Source: an uncultured delta proteobacterium
Lineage (GTDB): Bacteria; Desulfobacterota; Desulfobacteria; Desulfobacterales; JAHEIW01
Assembly: GCA_963706575.1 (NCBI GenBank)
Contig: CAVPNL010000015.1
Span: 160,001 to 224,000 of the forward strand
DNA length: 64,000 nucleotides
Direction: 5' to 3'
The translations under genes were made by a program, and so were the position numbers. This document shows, in pieces, positions 41,224 to 51,497 of this stretch. The notes beneath the pieces are model-generated. The model was not told the origin of the DNA. It did not search any database and saw only the letters and a program-made list of their open reading frames with translations. The stretch's first letter is position 1. Each line of letters opens with the position of its first letter.

Positions 41224-44175
41224 ATGCTATTCGATATGAATCGGCGAACCTTCCTCAAGATTGCGGGTATGGGCAGCATTTCCCTGGCAGCAGGCTGCAG
41301 TCCTCCTGAAAAAAACCTGTTTTCCCTCGTTCACGCACCCGACGACATGGTAACCGGCAAAGCGACCTGGTATGCATCGACCTGCCGCGAATGCCCGGCC
41401 GGATGCGGCATTCTGGCTAAAAATCGCGAAGGGCGCGTTATCAAAATCGAAGGTAACCCCCTGCACCCCATCAACAACGGCAAGATCTGTATGCGGGGCC
41501 AGGCTGCGTTGCAGGCCATTTACAACCCCGACCGCATCAAAACCCCCTTGCTGAGGGAAAAAGACAAATGGCAACCCATTTCATTTTCAAAAGCGCGGTC
41601 CATTTTAAAAAATAAAACCCAGGAGGCTTCCCAAAAAGGACCTGATCACATCCGCATGTTGACAGAGGTCGTGGGGGAAAGCCTGCTGGCGCTCTTTTCG
41701 GATGCGCTCAATCGATGGAACGCGCGCGAACCGATGGTATATGAGCCCTTTTCCTATGAATCCCTAAAAACTGCCAACGAAAAAGTTTTCGGGCAAAACG
41801 GCCTGGTTTCCTATCATATGCAGGAGGCGGATATACTGGTTTCTTTCGGGGCCGATTTTCTGGAAACCTGGTTATCACCGGTTGAATACGCTCATAAATT
41901 TAAGTCCATGCATGCTTTCAAAAACGGCCAAAAAGTCTCATTTTACCATCTGAGCCCGGTTCAATCCCTGACAGGAGCCAACGCCGACTCCTGGTTGGCA
42001 TGCAACACCGGCAGCGAGGCCAGCATCGCCCTTGGGCTGGTTCGTCAGGCGCTTGATATCCGTAAAGGCAAAACACTGCCATGGTCTTTCCGTAAAGCGC
42101 TGCTTGAAGCGACAGCCCCTTATACCCAGGATCGAGTGCTGCAATCATCCGGCTTATCTTTGGCGCAATATGAAAAACTCATTATTAAGTTGATGGGTGC
42201 CCGCAAACCTCTGGTACTGGGTACCGGCACCGGCGCGGGCGATTTAAACGGCCTGCAGACCAACATCGCGGTAAATTTATTAAACCTGCTGCTGGACCCG
42301 GATTTAACGCTGCTGGATTTCAACCAGCGCCACCGTGTGGAAATTGCAGCCAAACGGTCTGCTGTGCTGCAATTTTTTGATCGCCTGAAAACGGATGCGG
42401 TTGAAGTCTTGATACTGAACAATGTCAATCCGGCTTTTAGTATAGCGCCCAAAAGCGGCGTGAAGGAGGTGCTAGAACAGGACGACTTGTTTGTGGTCAG
42501 CTTCAGCAATTTCATGGATGAAACTTCAGCGCTGGCTGATCTGATTTTTCCGGTCGCCATGCCACTTGAAACCTGGGATGAATATAGCGGCTGGCAATCG
42601 GTTACCTCCACCCTGCAGCCGGCCATGGGCAGATTAACCCGGTCGACCCATATCGGCGATGTTATCCTGGACACCGCTTTTAAAAATGAAAAGCCGTCTG
42701 AAAATTATAAAACCTATCTATTTTCCAGACTGGTGGCCGAGCGCAAAATTGAAGATGAAAAAGGGTGGGTGCAGCTCCTCCAGGTGGGCGGCGCCATCGA
42801 TTCACCTGCGGCCGCCGGTTTAGCGAAATTGGACCTGGAACCGCAAAAAATAACCGATCACCTGTCGCAACCTGCGGAAACCGCTGCGGCTGAGCTGATA
42901 TTCGGTGCCATTCCGTCTATCCGGTTCTTTGACGGCAGGGGTGCCAACAGGCCCTGGTTGTGTGAAATTCCGGATCCGCTGACGCGGGTGGCCTGGCAAA
43001 GCCCGGTCAGCATGCATCCTGACACGGCCAAAAAACAAAATATCGCCCAGGGTGATATCATCCAGATTGAATCGAAATGGGGCAGTTTGGAAGCACCGGT
43101 TTACGTGAACGGATTTGTAAAACCGGGGCTGCTGGTCATGAATATCGGCCAGGGGCATCACGCTTACGGGCGCTACGCGGAAAACCAGGGTGTCAATCCG
43201 ATCGTCATCTTACCGCCTGATGCGAATCCGGATTCAGGGGGTCCGCTTTTTTCCACGGATCAAATAAAGATTCGCCCAACCGGCCGGAAGTTGAAACTGG
43301 CCAACACGGACGGCAGCCGAACCCAGCACGAACGGACATTTGCGCTGACCGTCGGCCTGACGGAATTGAACCTGGGGAAAATGCCCAAAAGGGCCGGTCT
43401 GACCATGGAAGATTTTCCCTTAACGCTGCCGATTCCCGAAGGTTATGATCCCAAACGGGATTTTTATCCGGCCCATGATCACGAAAACTACCGCTGGGCA
43501 ATGGTGATTGATCTGGATCGCTGCATCGGATGCGGCGCCTGCTCGGCCGCCTGCTATGCCGAAAACAATGTCGGCATTGTGGGTGAAGAACGGGTCATCC
43601 AAGGACGGGAGATGACCTGGTTGAGTATCGAGCGCTATCAAGACCCGGACCACATGCAAAAGGTAACCTTTTTGCCCATGCTCTGCCAGCATTGTGATAA
43701 TGCCCCCTGCGAATCGGTTTGCCCGGTGTATGCGCCACACCATTCAAAAGAAGGGCTCAACAACCAGATTTACAATCGCTGCATCGGAACCCGTTTTTGT
43801 GTCCAGAACTGCCCGTACAAAGTGCGGCGATTCAACTGGTTCGACTGGGAATGGCCCGAACCCATGAATGTGCAGCTCAATCCCGATGTCACCGTTCGCA
43901 GCAAGGGGGTGATGGAAAAATGCTCCTTCTGTATTCAACGCATCAAGGTCGCTCACAGCAACGCCAAGAACGAAAAGCGCATGATCCGTGACGGTGAGGT
44001 CATCCCGGCTTGCGTGCAAACCTGCCCGACCGATGCCCTGGTCTTTGGCAGTTTGATGGACAAACACAGCCGGGTCAGGCAAATGGTGGATGACCCCCGG
44101 GCCTATCAGGCCCTGGGCTATTTGAACACCAAACCGGCGGTGATTTATCTTAAGAAAGTTTTGCAGGAAATATAA
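41224..44175 (+). CDS. actB: alternative complex III subunit ActB (molybdopterin-oxidoreductase-like domain fused to Fe-S domain)
   Basis: Tat motif NRRTFLK plus LAAGC; CRECPAGC; CIGCGAC, CQHCDNAPC, CIGTRFC, MEKCSFC. Confidence 0.88.
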   Translation: MLFDMNRRTFLKIAGMGSISLAAGCSPPEKNLFSLVHAPDDMVTGKATWYASTCRECPAGCGILAKNREGRVIKIEGNPLHPINNGKICMRGQAALQAIYNPDRIKTPLLREKDKWQPISFSKARSILKNKTQEASQKGPDHIRMLTEVVGESLLALFSDALNRWNAREPMVYEPFSYESLKTANEKVFGQNGLVSYHMQEADILVSFGADFLETWLSPVEYAHKFKSMHAFKNGQKVSFYHLSPVQSLTGANADSWLACNTGSEASIALGLVRQALDIRKGKTLPWSFRKALLEATAPYTQDRVLQSSGLSLAQYEKLIIKLMGARKPLVLGTGTGAGDLNGLQTNIAVNLLNLLLDPDLTLLDFNQRHRVEIAAKRSAVLQFFDRLKTDAVEVLILNNVNPAFSIAPKSGVKEVLEQDDLFVVSFSNFMDETSALADLIFPVAMPLETWDEYSGWQSVTSTLQPAMGRLTRSTHIGDVILDTAFKNEKPSENYKTYLFSRLVAERKIEDEKGWVQLLQVGGAIDSPAAAGLAKLDLEPQKITDHLSQPAETAAAELIFGAIPSIRFFDGRGANRPWLCEIPDPLTRVAWQSPVSMHPDTAKKQNIAQGDIIQIESKWGSLEAPVYVNGFVKPGLLVMNIGQGHHAYGRYAENQGVNPIVILPPDANPDSGGPLFSTDQIKIRPTGRKLKLANTDGSRTQHERTFALTVGLTELNLGKMPKRAGLTMEDFPLTLPIPEGYDPKRDFYPAHDHENYRWAMVIDLDRCIGCGACSAACYAENNVGIVGEERVIQGREMTWLSIERYQDPDHMQKVTFLPMLCQHCDNAPCESVCPVYAPHHSKEGLNNQIYNRCIGTRFCVQNCPYKVRRFNWFDWEWPEPMNVQLNPDVTVRSKGVMEKCSFCIQRIKVAHSNAKNEKRMIRDGEVIPACVQTCPTDALVFGSLMDKHSRVRQMVDDPRAYQALGYLNTKPAVIYLKKVLQEI

Positions 44176-44178
44176 AAA

Positions 44179-44356
44179 AGAGCGTCTCGCTGAAGGCGAG
44201 ACTTTAGGAGCGGCCGTAAGGGCCTTAAGGAGCGTTCCGCTTCGCGGAACTTTAGGTTGGATTTAAAAAGTTTTGCCTCAAGCGAAGCGCTCCTCAAACA
44301 CAGCGCAAAAATTGCGCGGAGTGCTCCTCTAGTTTCGCTAAAAGCGAAACGCTCGG
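44179..44356. repeat. multi-hairpin repeat element (GAGCG/CGCTC family)
   Basis: hairpins separated by TTAGGAGC; related to 15222-15387. Confidence 0.7.
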
Positions 44357-44429
44357 CTCATCACGAGAAAAATGATCGTGACTGAAAACCTAAATGATTG
44401 GTTTGTAAATTAACCTTTGGAACATTGAT

Positions 44430-45746
44430 ATGAGCCAACTGACGTACGCGAGCATTGACCAAACGGTACTGAACACCTTGAGTACGCCCAAAAAATACTA
44501 CTGGGCGATCGTGGCGGTTTTGTTTTTAGGCGTGCTGGTCGGTGCTGCCTGCTGGACCTATCAGATTTTTGTCGGTATTGGCGCCGGCGGTCAAAACAAC
44601 CCGGTGGGCTGGGGCACCTATCTGATCAACTTTGTCTTCTGGGTGGGAATTGCCCATTCAGGAACCCTGATTTCGGCCATCCTGCACCTGTTTCGGGCCG
44701 GATGGCGCAACCCCATTGCCCGGGCTGCTGAAACCATGACCGTTTTTGCGGTTTGCATTGCCGGGCTTTTCCCCTTTATCCATCTGGGGCGCGTCTGGCA
44801 GGTCTATTATATGTTGCCGATACCCAGTCAGCGACTCCTGTGGCCCAATTTTCTGTCACCGCTGATGTTTGATGTGATTGCCATCAGCACCTATCTGACC
44901 GTCAGCAGCCTATTCTGGTACACCGGGCTGTTGCCGGATCTGGCTGCCGTCAGAGATCGTTCCCGGGGCACCCGTAAAAAAATCTTTAACATCCTGGCGC
45001 TGGGATGGACCGGCGCCCACGAACAGTGGCGCCATTACACCCGCGGCTATCTGTTCTTTGCCGCTCTGGCGACACCCCTGGTGATCTCGGTGCACAGTGT
45101 CGTGTCCTGGGATTTTGCGCTGGGAATTGCACCCGGCTGGCATACCACCATATTTGCGCCTTACTTTGTGGCCGGTGCCATCCATTCCGGTTTAGCCATG
45201 GTGCTGACATTGATGATCCCATTGCGTAAAATTTTTAATTACCAGAAAATCATTACCAAAGAGGTCCTGGAAAATGTGGCCAAAACCATCGTTTTTACCG
45301 GTTTGATTGTCGGCTTTGCCTACGCCACCGAATTTTTTATCGCCTGGTACAGCCAGAATTCGGTTGAAATAGAGCAATTTCGCTGGCGGGCATTTGGTGA
45401 TTACCGCTGGGGATTTTACTTCATGGTATTGTGCAACACCCTGACACCGCTGCTGTTCCTGTTTAAAAAAATACGGACCACCGTCGCAGCCCTTTTTATT
45501 ATTTCGCTGATTGTCAATTTTGGAATGTGGTGGGAACGATTTGTCATCATCGTCGGCGGCGTGGCGCGCGGCTTTTCGCCCCATGCATGGGGATTATACG
45601 CGCCCACCCTGATCGAATACGGCATTATGCTGGGCAGCTTCTGCCTGTTTTTCTTCTTTTTTCTGTTATTTGCCAAGCATCTGCCGTCGGTCTCGATGAC
45701 AGAAATGAAAGAAACCCTTGATCATGGAGGCAGCCATGCAGGGTAA
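44430..45746 (+). CDS. actC: ActC, NrfD-family quinol-binding membrane subunit
   Basis: NFVFWVGIAHSGTLISAIL, RAAETMT, HLGR, LVISVHSVVSWDFA, WWERFVI. Confidence 0.9.
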   Translation: MSQLTYASIDQTVLNTLSTPKKYYWAIVAVLFLGVLVGAACWTYQIFVGIGAGGQNNPVGWGTYLINFVFWVGIAHSGTLISAILHLFRAGWRNPIARAAETMTVFAVCIAGLFPFIHLGRVWQVYYMLPIPSQRLLWPNFLSPLMFDVIAISTYLTVSSLFWYTGLLPDLAAVRDRSRGTRKKIFNILALGWTGAHEQWRHYTRGYLFFAALATPLVISVHSVVSWDFALGIAPGWHTTIFAPYFVAGAIHSGLAMVLTLMIPLRKIFNYQKIITKEVLENVAKTIVFTGLIVGFAYATEFFIAWYSQNSVEIEQFRWRAFGDYRWGFYFMVLCNTLTPLLFLFKKIRTTVAALFIISLIVNFGMWWERFVIIVGGVARGFSPHAWGLYAPTLIEYGIMLGSFCLFFFFFLLFAKHLPSVSMTEMKETLDHGGSHAG

Positions 45747-46242
45747 AAAATACATTATGGGGCTTTTTAAAAATGAAGACCAGGTAGTTTCAACGCTGGC
45801 GGCGCTGAAAGAAACTGCCTACAAATTTCAGCGGGTTCACAGCCCGATTCCGAGTCATAAGATTATGGCTGCTCTCGACTTAAAAAAAAGCAAGGTCGGC
45901 TGGTTTACCCTGGCCGGCGGTATCCTCGGATTCATCAGCGGATTCGCCCTGGCCATATTTTGTTCAATTCAGTGGAATTTGATTGTCAGCGGAAAGCCGA
46001 TCATATCGCTGATTCCGTTTTTCATAGTTGGATTTGAATTTACCATCCTCTTTGCGGTTTTTGGCAATATCATCGGCCTGCTCACTCAGACGCGATTGCC
46101 CAGCTTTAAGAAAATGGAATATTACGACCCGCGTTGCTCGGGTGAACATTTCGGCGTGCTGGCAGCGTGTGATCCCGTGCATCAGGATGGCTTGAAAGAA
46201 TTTTTTCAGCAAAACGGAGGGGAAGTAAAGGTTTTTGAATAA
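45736..46242 (+). CDS. actD: ActD (DUF3341)
   Basis: HSPIP, two TM helices, VSGKP, FEFTIL, YDPRCS. Confidence 0.85.
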   Translation: MQGKKYIMGLFKNEDQVVSTLAALKETAYKFQRVHSPIPSHKIMAALDLKKSKVGWFTLAGGILGFISGFALAIFCSIQWNLIVSGKPIISLIPFFIVGFEFTILFAVFGNIIGLLTQTRLPSFKKMEYYDPRCSGEHFGVLAACDPVHQDGLKEFFQQNGGEVKVFE

Positions 46243-46249
46243 ACGTTTT

Positions 46250-46325
46250 ATTGGTTTGATTGGTTTCATTGGTTTCATTAGTTTGACGCAAAGGCAAAAA
46301 AAATTAAACCAATTTAACCAATTCA
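46250..46325. repeat. inverted tandem-repeat module (ATTGGTT/AACCAAT type)
   Basis: complementary 9-mer arms inside the operon. Confidence 0.7.
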
Positions 46326-46343
46326 ACATCCAGGCAAATTAAT

Positions 46344-47564
46344 ATGGCACCCAACGATACGAATACCGATAAGCCAAACAAATCACCGGCGAGGTGGATA
46401 TTTTTCGTCCTGATCATCATCGGTATGGCGGCTTTTATCCACGGCATTATGAGTCCCCATCCGGAAAAAGCCTGGCAGGCCTATTTAATTAACTTTCTAC
46501 TGTGGTCTGCAATCGCCCAGGGGGCGGTTCTCTTTTCAGCAGTGATGCATATGACCAAGGCCCGCTGGAGTGGTCCGCTATCCGCATTATCTGAATCCTT
46601 TGCGGCCTTTTTCCCGCTCTCATTCGTGCTGTTTCTGCTGCTATTTTTGGGACGCGCCCATATCTTTCCGTGGCTGCATGAGGATCTGCACGGCAAAGAA
46701 GTCTGGCTCAATATCCCGTTTCTTTTCACACGGGATTGCATCGGCCTGCTGGTGCTCTATGCCATTGGATTTGCCTATCTCTATAATGCGCTGCAGCTGC
46801 GATCTGACGCGAATCAAGCTCAGGGCGCATTTCGCCAAATGATTTACAAAGGCTGGATCCGCAACAACCGCAGCCCCAAAAAGGTAAAGAAAAAAATGAC
46901 CATCTGGGCCGGTCTTTATATTCTGGCATTCACGCTCGTGCTGAGCCTGATCGGCTATGACCTGGTGATGAGTATGGACCCCCACTGGATATCGACCCTG
47001 TTCGGGGGCTACACCTTTGTAAAAGCCTTTTATGTCGGATTGGGCGCCTTAATCATTCTGGCGGCCATCACCCGCATCAAAAGAGGCAAAGCCTCCGGTT
47101 TGGAGCCATCCCATTTTCATGATATCGGCAAACTGTTTTTTGCATTTTGCCTGCTGTGGGCCGACTTTTTCTATGTCCAGCTAACGGTCATCTGGTACGG
47201 CAATATACCAGAGGAAACCCATTATGTTATTGAACGCACCGTATCAGTCCCCTGGAACACATTGGCCTGGACCATTTTTGTGATCTGTTTCATTATTCCG
47301 TTTTTGATTCTTTTGAATAAAAGGGTGAAATCGATGCCGGTATTTATGGTGATTTTATGCAGCTTTATTATCATCGGATTCTGGCTGGAGCACCTTTTGC
47401 TGTTGGCGCCTGCGTTGAGCCATGATGTTCATTCGCTGTCGTTAAGTGTTTTTGATGGGTTGATAACGGTGGGCTTTTTAGGGCTGATGGCCGCTGCGGT
47501 AAGTTTCTTTTTAAAACACTTCCCGGAAATTTCCAGGCCGGCAGCGGTCGGCCCGTCGGGTTAA
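46344..47564 (+). CDS. actF: ActF membrane subunit
   Basis: WLNIPFLFTR, DLVMSMDPHWISTLFG, HDIGKL, IWYGNIPEE. Confidence 0.88.
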   Translation: MAPNDTNTDKPNKSPARWIFFVLIIIGMAAFIHGIMSPHPEKAWQAYLINFLLWSAIAQGAVLFSAVMHMTKARWSGPLSALSESFAAFFPLSFVLFLLLFLGRAHIFPWLHEDLHGKEVWLNIPFLFTRDCIGLLVLYAIGFAYLYNALQLRSDANQAQGAFRQMIYKGWIRNNRSPKKVKKKMTIWAGLYILAFTLVLSLIGYDLVMSMDPHWISTLFGGYTFVKAFYVGLGALIILAAITRIKRGKASGLEPSHFHDIGKLFFAFCLLWADFFYVQLTVIWYGNIPEETHYVIERTVSVPWNTLAWTIFVICFIIPFLILLNKRVKSMPVFMVILCSFIIIGFWLEHLLLLAPALSHDVHSLSLSVFDGLITVGFLGLMAAAVSFFLKHFPEISRPAAVGPSG

Positions 47565-47596
47565 AAGAAACAATTGTTTAACAAGGTATTAAACCA

Positions 47597-48110
47597 TTGA
47601 GTAAAAATGCAATCGCCATTTTAACAACCCTGGGGACCGCTCTGTTTATTGCGGCATTTATTTTCTTTTTCTATACCCCGCCGCAAGCCCAAATCGGGCC
47701 GGAACAACCGATCCCATTCAGCCATAATGTCCACAGCGGTGTTAAACAAATCCAGTGCCAGTATTGTCACCCCTATCGTGGCCTATTCCAATCATCCCGG
47801 AATACCGGCCGTGGGAAAATGCCTGCACTGCCATAAATATATTATTGCCAACCATCCCTGGATCAAGAAGGAACACGAATACTTTAACGCCAATACACCA
47901 ACGCCCTGGGTAAAAGTCAATTATGTGGCCGAACACGTGCTGTTTAATCACCAGCGTCATATTAACAATAAAATTGCCTGTACCGAATGTCACGGACAAG
48001 TGCAGAACCTTCAGCGCTTACCGCAAAAAATTTGGCGTATGGGTGAGTGCGTCGCGTGTCACCGAAAGAAAAATGCCAATCTCGACTGCTGGCTGGCGTG
48101 TCATAGTTAA
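47597..48110 (+). CDS. actA: ActA pentaheme cytochrome c, one extra base near 47777
   Basis: TM anchor, PEQPIPFSH; CQYCH, CLHCH, CTECH, CVACH, CWLACH across two frames. Confidence 0.85.
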
Positions 48111-48113
48111 TTA

Positions 48114-48191
48114 GCATAGCGCATGGAGCATAGAGCATGGCGTTTATTAACGGATGTTTTTTCGCTCTGCGCTTTGCGCTCTGCCCTATGC
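48114..48191. repeat. inverted heptamer tandem repeat (GCATAGA/CTCTGCG type)
   Basis: same family as 57483-57550. Confidence 0.7.
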
Positions 48192-48215
48192 AAAGCGAAA
48201 AAGGGAGTTTAGATT

Positions 48216-49595
48216 TTGTCGACTGAAGTCACTGAAAATGTGCCATCAAACAATCCGACAGCCAAGGCATTCACGTTGACATCCGCATTTTGGTTTGCCG
48301 CGGCAACCTCTCTTGGCATGATCGGCGCGGGTTACCTGATTGCGCCGGATTTCCTGGCCAACATTGAATATGTTCACTTTGGTCGAGTAAGACCGATGCA
48401 CATCAATGCCGTGTTGTTCGGGTTTGTCACGCCGGGTTTATTGGCTGTGGCTTTTTACTATATCCCCAGACTTTTGCGAACTGAACTGTTCAGCCACAAA
48501 CTGGGTGTGTTCAGCGCCATTTTCTGGAACATCACGGTGGCATCCGGCCTCATTGGCATCAGCCTCGGTTACACCCAGGGACGCGAGTATGCCGAATTGC
48601 CCTGGCCGGTTGATATTATGGTGGTTATCAGCTTCTCTTTGGTTGTATTCAACATTTTAATGACCGTCCGGCAACGAGAAGAACGAATTTTGTATGTATC
48701 CATCTGGTATACGACCGCCGCTGTCATTCTGACATCCATCACCTATTGTCTGGGCAACGTCATCTGGAAACCGGACACCGGCGCCCTGGTGGGTATCCCG
48801 GATGCTATTCTCCTGTGGTTCTACGGCCACAATATTTTCGGGCTTCTACTCACGCCCATGGGATTAGGGGTGGCCTATTATGTGCTGCCAATTGCCACGC
48901 GCAGTCCGCTATACAGCCACTCACTGTCGCTGCTGGGATTCTGGTCTTTGATCATTGTCTATACCCACATCGGCACCCATCACCTGCTGCAGGTGCCGGT
49001 GCCCACCTGGCTGAAAACCATATCGATTGTCGACAGTATCGCCATGGTGATCCCGGTGATGATTGTATTGATCAATCTGTGGTACACCATCAAAGGCAAG
49101 CTGGGAGAGATTCATGCCAACATCGGCGCCAAATTCGTGCTGACCGGCACCATTTATTATTTCTTTGTCAATATCCAGGGCTCGATGATGGCCCTGCCGC
49201 ATGTGCAGCGCATCACCCACTTCAACAACTGGGTGGTCGGCCATGCACATATCGGTGTGCTCGGATTTGCCGGCATAACGGCTCTGGGGGGACTGTATTT
49301 CATTTTGCCCAAAATTACGGGCAAACCCCTGTACAGCAAATTTCTGGCCGACGTCCAATACTGGCTGGTGCTGATCGGCGTCACGGGCTTTGCGATCGTT
49401 TTGACCATCGCGGGGTTAATTCAGGGCAATGCCTGGTACAATGGTGAAACCCTTTATCGGACGTTACCCATGATTCAACCCTATTACATTTTAAGAGCGT
49501 CGCTGGGGGCCTTTATTATGATTGGCGCATACATCGGATTATACAACGTGATTCGATCGTTATTTTTTAATCGTGGAGCTGCAACATGCGAATGA
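48216..49595 (+). CDS. ccoN: cbb3-type cytochrome c oxidase subunit I
   Basis: RPMHINAV, GREYAE, WFYGHN, YTHIGTHHL, GHAH: all six His ligands and the helix-7 Tyr. Confidence 0.92.
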   Translation: MSTEVTENVPSNNPTAKAFTLTSAFWFAAATSLGMIGAGYLIAPDFLANIEYVHFGRVRPMHINAVLFGFVTPGLLAVAFYYIPRLLRTELFSHKLGVFSAIFWNITVASGLIGISLGYTQGREYAELPWPVDIMVVISFSLVVFNILMTVRQREERILYVSIWYTTAAVILTSITYCLGNVIWKPDTGALVGIPDAILLWFYGHNIFGLLLTPMGLGVAYYVLPIATRSPLYSHSLSLLGFWSLIIVYTHIGTHHLLQVPVPTWLKTISIVDSIAMVIPVMIVLINLWYTIKGKLGEIHANIGAKFVLTGTIYYFFVNIQGSMMALPHVQRITHFNNWVVGHAHIGVLGFAGITALGGLYFILPKITGKPLYSKFLADVQYWLVLIGVTGFAIVLTIAGLIQGNAWYNGETLYRTLPMIQPYYILRASLGAFIMIGAYIGLYNVIRSLFFNRGAATCE

Positions 49596-50518
49596 CCCCG
49601 ACTGTCATATTCACGGGCATCCTGGCGCTGCTGACGGCCATCACACTGATTGTCGTCTATTGGCCCTACGCCACCCGTGATACGACACCATCAGATATTT
49701 TTCGCTCGCGCACGGCGATTGAAAATGCGGGTCGCAAGATTTACCTGGAAAACGGGTGTGTTTACTGTCACAGCCAGTCTATTCGGGCGATCGATTGGGG
49801 CCACGGGGCACAACGCATTGCCCAATCCGGTGACTATATTGCCGATGAACCCGTGGCGCTGGGATCCCAGCGCACCGGTGTGGATCTGTCGCAGGAAGGC
49901 GGCGAGCATCCGGACGACTGGCACATTGCCCATTTTATCAACCCTCGCTACACACGGCCCAGCTCGATCATGCCGCCTTTTAAGTGGCTGGGTACGCAAC
50001 GCATCGATACGCTGACCCAGTACATTCAAAGTCTGGGATTCAAGGATGCCGACCGGCGCATGCAGCGCCAGCGTTACTGGAAAGAGGAATCCATCAGGGC
50101 TTATGAAGCCGGGCCCGATGTGAACGCCCGCTGGCTGGCGGAAATCGTTCCGGAGGGATGGCGCAACATACCGAATCCGTATCCGACCACTACAGCCAGC
50201 CTGCAACGGGGCCATAAAATTTATCAGAATTTTTGTATAGGCTGCCACGGCCCGATCGGTGACGGCATGGGACCGGCCCAACCCTGGATATACCCGCCGC
50301 CGTTGAATTTCACCATTTTAAAGGGCAGAGAAATATCCGGCGGGATCATATACTATCAACTGATGAACGGCATTACCGGCACCGCTATGCCGTATTTTAA
50401 ACGCGATCTGGAATCGCAAAAAATCTGGGAAGTCGGTGACTACATCGCGGTTTATTTTATCAACCAAAGCGATGCCAATACCGAGCCGCGCGGTATCGAT
50501 TCTGCGTGGGAACCCTAA
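49586..50518 (+). CDS. ccoO: cbb3 subunit II fused to a second cytochrome c domain
   Basis: GCVYCHSQ, GSQRTGVDL, SIMP; second heme CIGCH...GTAMP. Confidence 0.88.
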   Translation: MRMTPTVIFTGILALLTAITLIVVYWPYATRDTTPSDIFRSRTAIENAGRKIYLENGCVYCHSQSIRAIDWGHGAQRIAQSGDYIADEPVALGSQRTGVDLSQEGGEHPDDWHIAHFINPRYTRPSSIMPPFKWLGTQRIDTLTQYIQSLGFKDADRRMQRQRYWKEESIRAYEAGPDVNARWLAEIVPEGWRNIPNPYPTTTASLQRGHKIYQNFCIGCHGPIGDGMGPAQPWIYPPPLNFTILKGREISGGIIYYQLMNGITGTAMPYFKRDLESQKIWEVGDYIAVYFINQSDANTEPRGIDSAWEP

Positions 50519-50521
50519 AGG

Positions 50522-50610
50522 AGTTTGATTGGTTTCATTGGTTCAATTGGTTAAATTGGTTCGGCACCAAACGAATAAAACAAATAAAACCAATCCAACC
50601 AATTAAACAA
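50522..50610. repeat. inverted tandem-repeat module (ATTGGTT/AACCAAT type)
   Basis: creates the spurious FDWFHWFNWLNW extension in the ORF track. Confidence 0.7.
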
Positions 50611-50622
50611 ACGATAGTAAAC

Positions 50623-50886
50623 ATGTACTACCCTTATTTCATCGCATACATGGCCGCCGGTTTTATCATCAGCCTAGTGGTGTTCTTCTGGGCCCTGAAC
50701 AGCGGTCAGTTCAAAGACCAGCAGCGGGCGCGCTTTCTGCCGCTGCAAAATGATCTGCAAACCAGACCGGCAAAGGTACCGCGATTTGCACGCATTCAAA
50801 CCGCTGTCCTGTTTACGCTGGTCTGCTTATGCCTGGCAAGCGCGGTGGCGGTGGTAATCTTTTCCCTGATGAAGGGCCTCAAATAA
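50623..50886 (+). CDS. ccoS: cbb3 oxidase maturation protein CcoS
   Basis: FFWALNSGQFKD motif, plus an extra C-terminal TM helix. Confidence 0.85.
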   Translation: MYYPYFIAYMAAGFIISLVVFFWALNSGQFKDQQRARFLPLQNDLQTRPAKVPRFARIQTAVLFTLVCLCLASAVAVVIFSLMKGLK

Positions 50887-50937
50887 TACCCGTGCGTGTA
50901 TAAAGCGCCGGTTAAGACACGAAAAAGGAAAGCGGTT

Positions 50938-51213
50938 ATGAGATATTTTCAGTTATTGGGCATTCAACATTTTGCCTTGTATCTGTTCCCGGCCCTGGCA
51001 ACGATTGTGTTGTTCATCATCGGTCTGGGATATTACTATATTGGTCGTAAAGACTCGGAGGAGCGCAAAACCCGCATCATCGAGCAGTATCCCGGTGGCA
51101 TCGAAGGTCGCAACGCGCCGTTTCCCTTGTTTGTGGTTCTCATTCTTGTCGGAACCATCGGCTGGTCATTGGCATATATTATCTTAATCGGCGTTTTAGG
51201 AGTGAGAATCTGA
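50938..51213 (+). CDS. small two-TM protein resembling the CcoP N-terminal domain
   Basis: YPGGIEGRNAPFPLFVVLILVGTIGWSLAY resembles the CcoP yDGIeE.dnPlP.W...Y segment. Confidence 0.55.
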   Translation: MRYFQLLGIQHFALYLFPALATIVLFIIGLGYYYIGRKDSEERKTRIIEQYPGGIEGRNAPFPLFVVLILVGTIGWSLAYIILIGVLGVRI

Positions 51214-51497
51214 TGGAACATCCGGTGCACGAGGCATCCGCATTCAAAACCTGGCTCCTTGTATTTTTATGTGTCGCCATCGTGGTATTCCAGGGCTGGC
51301 TGGCATTTACCGTAATCGGTGATCTCGGCCAGCCCGATTGGGACTACCGGCCAATCGCAGACGTTCCCGGAGAATCTGCCTTTGCGGTCTACGATCCCTA
51401 TCATCCGCTGCCTTACGCGCAGCATGTGCTCAAAGAGCAGGGCCAGGAAGAAAATCCAAAGCATTTGTATGTGTTGCCTTTTGAAGGTGTTGAATAA
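51213..51497 (+). CDS. small single-TM hypothetical protein
   Basis: TGATG coupling; TM helix then PDWDYRPIADVPGES. Confidence 0.65.
   Translation: MEHPVHEASAFKTWLLVFLCVAIVVFQGWLAFTVIGDLGQPDWDYRPIADVPGESAFAVYDPYHPLPYAQHVLKEQGQEENPKHLYVLPFEGVE

Noticed and set aside
41224..45746. Assignment as QrcBCD or polysulfide reductase
   Set aside because: The fused B subunit plus ActD-, ActF- and ActE-like genes and the adjacent oxidase fit ACIII better
45964..50622. Trp/Asn-periodic peptides (LNWLNWFN, FDWFHWFNW) in the ORF track
   Set aside because: They are translations of intergenic ATTGGTT 9-mer repeats, not protein
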